Positions 58,132-64,000 of a stretch of DNA of 64,000 nucleotides are shown here, piece by piece. Numbering within the stretch: the stretch's first letter is position 1; each line of letters begins with the position of its first letter. The stretch is from Candidatus Levybacteria bacterium CG2_30_37_29 (lineage in GTDB: Bacteria; Patescibacteriota; Microgenomatia; Levybacterales; GWA1-39-11), in NCBI GenBank assembly GCA_001873215.1, contig MNYS01000009.1:3654-67653 (forward strand), given 5' to 3'. The notes under the pieces were generated by a model, which saw only the letters and a program-made list of their open reading frames with translations, did not search any database and was not told where the DNA came from. Made by a program: the position numbers and the translations under genes.

Positions 58132-59157
58132 ATGGAAAATCATCCTATTCCACAAGACGTCACGGGATTTAAATTTAAGCTAATCGGCAGCGTCACAATA
58201 AAACAATTTTTATATCTACTGGGCGCCGGCATTCTTACAACGATCACTTTTGTACTGCCTATTCCTGTTTATGTAAAATTTCCTTTTATGGGTCTTTTTG
58301 CGTTCGTAGGCCTTGGCCTTGCTTTTGTCCCAATCGAGGGGCGGCCTATGGACACAATGATTGCAAATTTTGCCAAAACCATTCCTTCTGAAAACGAATA
58401 CATTTATAGAAAACGCGGCGTAAATCTGGCAACATATGATTTTTTCAAACCACTTGTGCAAGTTGCCACCCCTCAACAGCAAACTCAAAAAGCGACAAGC
58501 GAATCTGACACAAGACGCGCAATTCTTTTAAGCCAGCTACGGGCTCATTACATTACTCCTGACCAAGCAGAAACAAAATTTTTAAAAAATATTAAATCTG
58601 TTTTTGACGAAACGCCAAAACCCAAAATTCAACAAGAGGTAAAAATTTCTACAAAAACAGAAGAGGTGGCAGTAGCAGCTCCCGAGCCTTCAGTTCTTAC
58701 GGCCACAACGGACGCCGCGCCAACACCAACGGCGCCCTTGGAGGAAAGCGAAAGCATAAGGGTTGTTGGCCCGCTACAACAACTTAAGGCGGGTTTTCCG
58801 ACTATACCCGATACACCAAACATAGTATTGGGAATCGTAAAAGATCCACGGGGACGAGTACTACAGAACATTTTGGTTGAAGTGGTTGACACATCAAATG
58901 TTCCCGTACGCGCTTTTAAAACAAACGTCTTGGGGCAATTCGCATCAGCAACTCCTCTTCCGAACGGAACTTATCGTGTTATTTTTGAAGACCCACAAAA
59001 AATCCATGAATTTGAAATAACAGAAATAACCCTTACGGGGGAAATCTTTAACCCTCTTGAGGCGGTTTCTTTGGATCAAAGAGAAAGATTGCGACGAGAG
59101 CTTTTTGCAAATCTTTCAACCGGTACGCCCAGCGTCCAACAGGGCGCTGCCATATAA
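58132..59157 (+). CDS. PrgI-family (VirB3-like) protein with C-terminal carboxypeptidase-regulatory-like domain
   Basis: HPIPQDVTGFKFKLIGSVTIKQF, 2 TMs, EGRPMD; GIVKD..G...RAFKTN.LGQF. Confidence 0.82.
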   Translation: MENHPIPQDVTGFKFKLIGSVTIKQFLYLLGAGILTTITFVLPIPVYVKFPFMGLFAFVGLGLAFVPIEGRPMDTMIANFAKTIPSENEYIYRKRGVNLATYDFFKPLVQVATPQQQTQKATSESDTRRAILLSQLRAHYITPDQAETKFLKNIKSVFDETPKPKIQQEVKISTKTEEVAVAAPEPSVLTATTDAAPTPTAPLEESESIRVVGPLQQLKAGFPTIPDTPNIVLGIVKDPRGRVLQNILVEVVDTSNVPVRAFKTNVLGQFASATPLPNGTYRVIFEDPQKIHEFEITEITLTGEIFNPLEAVSLDQRERLRRELFANLSTGTPSVQQGAAI

Positions 59158-59162
59158 AAACT

Positions 59163-59792
59163 ATGTCAAAACAAAAAATACACTCAACAACTCAAGATTT
59201 TACCAACATAGTTGAGATTGCCCAAGACGTTGTCTTTTTTAAAGGCAAAAGCGCATGCATGATACTGGAAGTTTCTTCTGTTAACTTTTTTTTACTGTCG
59301 GGAGACGAGCAGAATGCCAGAATTTATGGATATATGTCGCTTCTTAATTCCCTCTCTTTTGCAATACAGATTTTTATTATTTCCCGAAGAATTGACCTTT
59401 CAGCATACATAAAGCTTCTGGAAGACAGAATTACAATAGTCACAAATCAACGCGTAATTGAGCATCTGCGACTTTACAAAGAATTCATACAAGAACTGGT
59501 AAAAGGCGAAGGTCTTTTGGATAAAAAAGCTTACGTTGTAATTCCCTTTTCAAGCCTTGAGATTGGGCCCTCAACTCCTGCACCAAATAAAAAGCCTCCT
59601 ACTTTTACAGAACAGGCAAGGGCTGTTTTGGAATCAAAAAGAGACAATATCTCAACACAAATTGAGCGCATGGGGCTTATCGTACGCCCTGTTCCGACAG
59701 AAGAATTGGTAAAGCTTTTTTACGAAATCTATAACCAAGACTTTGTCACACTGGACTTCAACTCAGAAGATGTTAAAAACATAATTATATAG
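59163..59792 (+). CDS. T4SS accessory protein (TraC/VirB4 N-terminal-like)
   Basis: STTQDF, VSSVNFFLLS.DEQ, LNSLSFAIQI, YVVIP, LFYEIYN. Confidence 0.78.
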   Translation: MSKQKIHSTTQDFTNIVEIAQDVVFFKGKSACMILEVSSVNFFLLSGDEQNARIYGYMSLLNSLSFAIQIFIISRRIDLSAYIKLLEDRITIVTNQRVIEHLRLYKEFIQELVKGEGLLDKKAYVVIPFSSLEIGPSTPAPNKKPPTFTEQARAVLESKRDNISTQIERMGLIVRPVPTEELVKLFYEIYNQDFVTLDFNSEDVKNIII

Positions 59793-59798
59793 CAATAT

Positions 59799-61979
59799 AT
59801 GTTTGGAATTGGAAAAAAACAACAAAAACAAACAGCTCCCGTTCGGGAGGGCGGATTTGTTGCACAAGGAGATAACACAAGCTCAATAAGCCATGCAGGA
59901 ACGACAACAGCACAGCATGCCCAACCGCCAGTTTCCCAAAAAAATACTGTCGTTAAAAAGGCAGGCGTCAAAACAACGCCAAGCCCCGCATACGGAGCGC
60001 TGAAAAGCGGGTCCGTATCTTTGGTTGATATTATTTCTCCGTCATCTGTTGAAGTCGACTTTAAGCATATTCGGGTAGGAGACAGATTTTATCGTACTTT
60101 TTTTGTTGTTGATTATCCCCGCCAAGTTTCCCCAAACTGGCTTTCTATTCTAATTGACTACAAAGAGACCATGAACACCTCTATGTTTATTTATCCCATT
60201 GAAAGCAAGGATGTCTTGACCAATTTGAAGCGAAAAATCGCAGAAATGGAAGCAACTCTTGAATCAGACGCAGAACAGGGACTCCAGCCGGACCCAAAAA
60301 TAAATGCGGCGCTTGAAGATGCGGTTGCTCTACGAGAAGAACTTGCCCGCGGACTTGAAAGATTTTTCCAATTCGGTCTCTACATTACTCTTTCTGCCGA
60401 AAATGTTTCAGAACTTGATATAAAAACAAAAGAACTCACGTCCCTTCTTTCCTCAAATCTCCTTGTAATAAAAGCGGCAACTCTTCAAATGGAAGACGGA
60501 TATAAGACCACTCTTCCAACGGGAAGCGACCGGCTTTTTATAACAAGAAACATGGACACAACCTCTCTTGCCTCAACCTTTCCTTTCACGTCTTATGAAA
60601 TTTCCCACCCTAACGGAATTTTATACGGAATAAATACTTTAAACAGTTCTCTTGCAATTGTTGATAGGTTTTCTTTTGAAAACGCCAACGAGGTTGTGTT
60701 TGGAAAGTCCGGTTCCGGAAAAAGCTTTTTGGTAAAACTTGAGGTTTTGCGGCAAATGATGTTTGACGTAGAGATTTTAATCATTGACCCGGAGGACGAA
60801 TACCGCGCTTTATGTCATTCGCTTGATGGCGAATACATATCCTTTTCTAAAAGTTCTGAGGTAAAAATTAATCCATTTGCTCTACTCTCTGATGACATGA
60901 CCGAAGCCCAACTTGGAATAAAAATTCTTTCACTCCATGGACTTTTAAAAACAATGCTTGGAGAAATGTCTCCAACGCAAGAAGCAATTTTGGATAGAGC
61001 AATTGTTCTCTCGTACAAGCAAAAAGGGATTACCCCGGATCCCGCAACATACAAAAACGAACCACCTATTCTTGAAGACTTGTACAAAACACTTCTTAAT
61101 ATGGAAGAGCCCGAAGCAAAAGATTTGGCTTTTCGACTTGAAAAATTTGTCAAAGGAGGATTTGCCGGTCTTTTTAATCAACAAACAAACTATGATGTAA
61201 AAAATCAGTTGACTGTTTTTTCAATAAAACAACTCGAGGATGTTTTACGCCCTATTGCCATGCATGTTATTTTGGATTTTATATGGAACAGGGTCAGAAC
61301 AAAGCTTAAAAAAAGGCTTTTGATTGTTGACGAGGCCTGGTATCTTATGAAAAATCCCGACTCAGCATCTTTTTTGCAGGGAATTGCAAAAAGAGCACGA
61401 AAATATTATTTGGGAGTAACAACTCTTACCCAAGACATTGAAGACTTTTTGGCAAACGATTATGGAAAAGCTATACTTTCAAGCTCATCTATTCAAATTC
61501 TCTTAAAACAAAACTCTTCTGAGGTAGAAACTCTTGGAAAAGCGCTGTTTTTGTCCGAAGGAGAAAAACAGTTTTTGTTAACGGCCCAAGTAGGAGAAGG
61601 CCTTTTGTTTGCCGGACAAAATCATATAACCGCTCAGTTTGCGGCTTCAAAATTTGAATATGACCTTATTACGTCTAAGCCCCAAGACATATTGCAAGGA
61701 GAAGAGGATGCGGCAACAGCCGCTGCTGCCTCTATCGCCCAAGAACCCCCCCCCCAAACAACACCAAGCCCAGCTATCACAGAGCCCACACAACCACCCA
61801 CTCCTCCTCCACAATCACAACCAGTAAGCGCCTCTTCGTCTCAGGTGATTGGCCCACAACAATCTCCGGAGCCAACCGTTGCGCCCCTACAAAATAACAC
61901 CGCTACTCCGCCTCCTCAACCAAAAACAACACCGAGCGATGCCGGCGGAACTTCATCAACAATAATCAATGGACAATGA
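59799..61979 (+). CDS. VirB4-like ATPase with Pro/Gln-rich tail
   Basis: GKSGSGKS, IIDPEDEY, INPF, LIVDEAW, KRARKY, TQD. Confidence 0.92.
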   Translation: MFGIGKKQQKQTAPVREGGFVAQGDNTSSISHAGTTTAQHAQPPVSQKNTVVKKAGVKTTPSPAYGALKSGSVSLVDIISPSSVEVDFKHIRVGDRFYRTFFVVDYPRQVSPNWLSILIDYKETMNTSMFIYPIESKDVLTNLKRKIAEMEATLESDAEQGLQPDPKINAALEDAVALREELARGLERFFQFGLYITLSAENVSELDIKTKELTSLLSSNLLVIKAATLQMEDGYKTTLPTGSDRLFITRNMDTTSLASTFPFTSYEISHPNGILYGINTLNSSLAIVDRFSFENANEVVFGKSGSGKSFLVKLEVLRQMMFDVEILIIDPEDEYRALCHSLDGEYISFSKSSEVKINPFALLSDDMTEAQLGIKILSLHGLLKTMLGEMSPTQEAILDRAIVLSYKQKGITPDPATYKNEPPILEDLYKTLLNMEEPEAKDLAFRLEKFVKGGFAGLFNQQTNYDVKNQLTVFSIKQLEDVLRPIAMHVILDFIWNRVRTKLKKRLLIVDEAWYLMKNPDSASFLQGIAKRARKYYLGVTTLTQDIEDFLANDYGKAILSSSSIQILLKQNSSEVETLGKALFLSEGEKQFLLTAQVGEGLLFAGQNHITAQFAASKFEYDLITSKPQDILQGEEDAATAAAASIAQEPPPQTTPSPAITEPTQPPTPPPQSQPVSASSSQVIGPQQSPEPTVAPLQNNTATPPPQPKTTPSDAGGTSSTIINGQ

Positions 61980-63150
61980 AGAAGAAAGAAAAAAACGGGG
62001 GCCTGTTGATGCCATAAATTCTGCAAGAAATTTTTCTCGCAATCTTCGTGGCTCTTTTAAGGCTGTGCGTTTTGTTGCAACCAACGTTGTCCGCGCCGCG
62101 GCCGGAGCAAGCGGCGGCTGGACAATATTTATTGTACTTTTTATTATTTTTATAATTATATGGCTTCTTTTTTTTAGTGAAGGGTCTGCTGTTGACATTT
62201 CCACCGAGGGCAACCAAAGCACGGGGAGTCAAGGAGGAACTGGAAGCACAGGAGGAAATACAAATCCATCTTCTTCAGATATAAACTGCTACACAAGCAT
62301 GTCGGGCGCTGACATGGATGCGTATTTCGCAAGCCAAGGATATATATATTTCAACAACACGGGCGGCGCTCTTGCCACGCTTGCTGAAAAACATAAAATT
62401 AATCCGGCTCTTATTATTGCCATTGGAAGAATGGAAAGCCAACTTGGAAATGCGTATCAATCAGACCCAGATAAACTTGCAAAGAAGAACGCTTTCGGGA
62501 TTGGAGGAGCTGACAACCTACAGCCTTTCTCTACGTGGGAAGAAGGAGCAGAGGTCTCATATAAAAGCGTTGCCAGCTATGGCTGCGCAACGCTTGAGTG
62601 TATTCAGCAGATTTATGCACCGGTAGGTTCATCGGATGACCCCGGCGATTTGAATTCAAATTGGCTTACCGGCGTAAAAGCAATTCTTTCCGAAATACCC
62701 CATGCGTCGTGTCAGCCTCCTGCCGGAACTATTTCCGATTGGCCTATTCAAAAGCCTATCGCCTCTTGCAGCGTAACCCAAAGACCAGGAGAAGGGTTTA
62801 GTCATCCGAATTTAAACGCAGTAGACCTAGGCCTGCTCCATGGCACCAAGGTTTACTCCACAAATAATGGAACCCTTACCGAACTGTATGTTTATGCCTA
62901 TAACTGCTATCCTACGTGTTCCAGTAGCGACGGGAAAGGAACCTATGTTAAGGTCTCAAATGGAAACTCTTGGGCAATTTATGCCCACCTTATTCCGGAA
63001 AGCGTTTCCCATCTAGCACTAAATCAAACAATTAATAAGGGTGATTATTTGGGACAGGTTGACAATACGGGATACAGCGACGGGGCGCACCTGCATTATG
63101 AATTGTCATCTGATCAAACTTTCCCGGATTTTGACACTGCGTGTAATTAA
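61969..63150 (+). CDS. TM-anchored bifunctional peptidoglycan hydrolase (lysozyme/glucosaminidase-like plus M23 peptidase)
   Basis: INPALIIAIGRMESQLG, NAFGI, YAP...NW; HPNLNAVDL, YAHL, GAHLHYE. Confidence 0.85.
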   Translation: MDNEEERKKRGPVDAINSARNFSRNLRGSFKAVRFVATNVVRAAAGASGGWTIFIVLFIIFIIIWLLFFSEGSAVDISTEGNQSTGSQGGTGSTGGNTNPSSSDINCYTSMSGADMDAYFASQGYIYFNNTGGALATLAEKHKINPALIIAIGRMESQLGNAYQSDPDKLAKKNAFGIGGADNLQPFSTWEEGAEVSYKSVASYGCATLECIQQIYAPVGSSDDPGDLNSNWLTGVKAILSEIPHASCQPPAGTISDWPIQKPIASCSVTQRPGEGFSHPNLNAVDLGLLHGTKVYSTNNGTLTELYVYAYNCYPTCSSSDGKGTYVKVSNGNSWAIYAHLIPESVSHLALNQTINKGDYLGQVDNTGYSDGAHLHYELSSDQTFPDFDTACN

Positions 63151-63168
63151 TGTAATATAATGTTTGAA

Positions 63169-64000
63169 ATGAACCAAATTATTGAAAGGGTAAAAAATTA
63201 CAAATATTTTTATCCAGTCCTTTTAATTGTCTCTTTGTTTGCTGGAACATTTTTAATACTTTTTGTCGCCGCAATGGTGTTTAAGCAGGAGAAAAAACAG
63301 GAACCAAAAAGAGATGGAGGAGTTATCGTTATAGGGAATCCAACAATAAAACCTGTTATTACAATTCCGGCAGCTCCTACATCTGGAGAAAAAATTAATC
63401 CTGTAATCCTGCAGGGAACCAGCATTTTCTATCCAGCCCTTTATCAGAACTATATTTATTATTTATCTGATGCCGGAACAAGATTTTACAAAATAAAAAC
63501 AGATGGAAAAGAAAAAGCTCCAATATCAGATGTTTTAGTGGCACAAATCAAAAATGTTACCTGGTCACAAGACGGCCTATCTGCGGTTATACAAGTAGAA
63601 AATAATAAATATTTCTTAGGAAAGAACAACAGCCCGTTTTTTTCCGAAAAAGATGAAAATTTAGCAACAACCAATTGGCTTTATGCTTTTCAAACAAAAA
63701 CATTAAAACAAATCGACACGTCTGCAATAGCTTTTTCCTTTTCTCCGTCTGGTAGGCTTTATTACATTTCCGTTGAGCGGCCGCAGAATGCGCCCCCTCA
63801 AACTTCACTTTATGCTTTGGACACAAATTCAACAAAAATCCTAACGTTCCCCGAAAGACAAAATTTAATTTATCATGTTTCAGAAAATACAATTATTACA
63901 TCAACGAGTCCGGGTCCTCTTCTTAAAAACATCTCTTATTATCAGGTTTCTACGACAACAAAAGAAGTCACTAAAATTCCTCCGCCACCAAACACTTTTG
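63169..64000 (+). CDS. Membrane-anchored TolB-like beta-propeller protein, partial at window end
   Basis: Manual translation is open to 64000: N-terminal TM, WSQDG and FSPSG repeats. TATAAT lies 7 nt before ATG. Confidence 0.75.
   Translation, partial: MNQIIERVKNYKYFYPVLLIVSLFAGTFLILFVAAMVFKQEKKQEPKRDGGVIVIGNPTIKPVITIPAAPTSGEKINPVILQGTSIFYPALYQNYIYYLSDAGTRFYKIKTDGKEKAPISDVLVAQIKNVTWSQDGLSAVIQVENNKYFLGKNNSPFFSEKDENLATTNWLYAFQTKTLKQIDTSAIAFSFSPSGRLYYISVERPQNAPPQTSLYALDTNSTKILTFPERQNLIYHVSENTIITSTSPGPLLKNISYYQVSTTTKEVTKIPPPPNTF

Overview
Low-GC chromosomal window from a Patescibacteria/CPR bacterium, most likely Microgenomates. The taxonomy is inferred from gene content: a CPR-type T4SS with several VirB2-like pilins, many GT-C membrane glycosyltransferases, DUF2298, a short PcrA and class II RNR. 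Housekeeping genes include lepA (partial), murJ, rpsT, tpiA, pcrA, smpB/ssrA, comF, nrdJ/nrdR and three tRNAs. Accessory content includes pilN/pilO-like genes, a surface-glycosylation cluster, Ni-SOD (sodN/sodX), and a B12 module (nrdR-nrdJ-putative cobalamin riboswitch-pduO). A T4SS-like locus spans about 47-64 kb, with its VirD4-like ATPase at 29-32 kb. Observations beyond the gene list: (i) a family of 7-bp-periodic AT-rich elements that form inverted arms around a four-helix-bundle gene, recur as gene-less intergenic copies and appear in-frame inside proteins; (ii) GC-rich palindromic elements inserted in-frame in tpiA and pcrA, plus a frameshifted RAYT with its own REP-like repeats; (iii) apparently leaderless transcription, with a -10 box 6 nt before the start codon in at least 12 genes; (iv) a tRNA-Ile with a UAU anticodon; (v) a tmRNA with an atypical T-loop and a tag ending in YAYN. 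All calls come from reading the sequence by eye; no searches were run.
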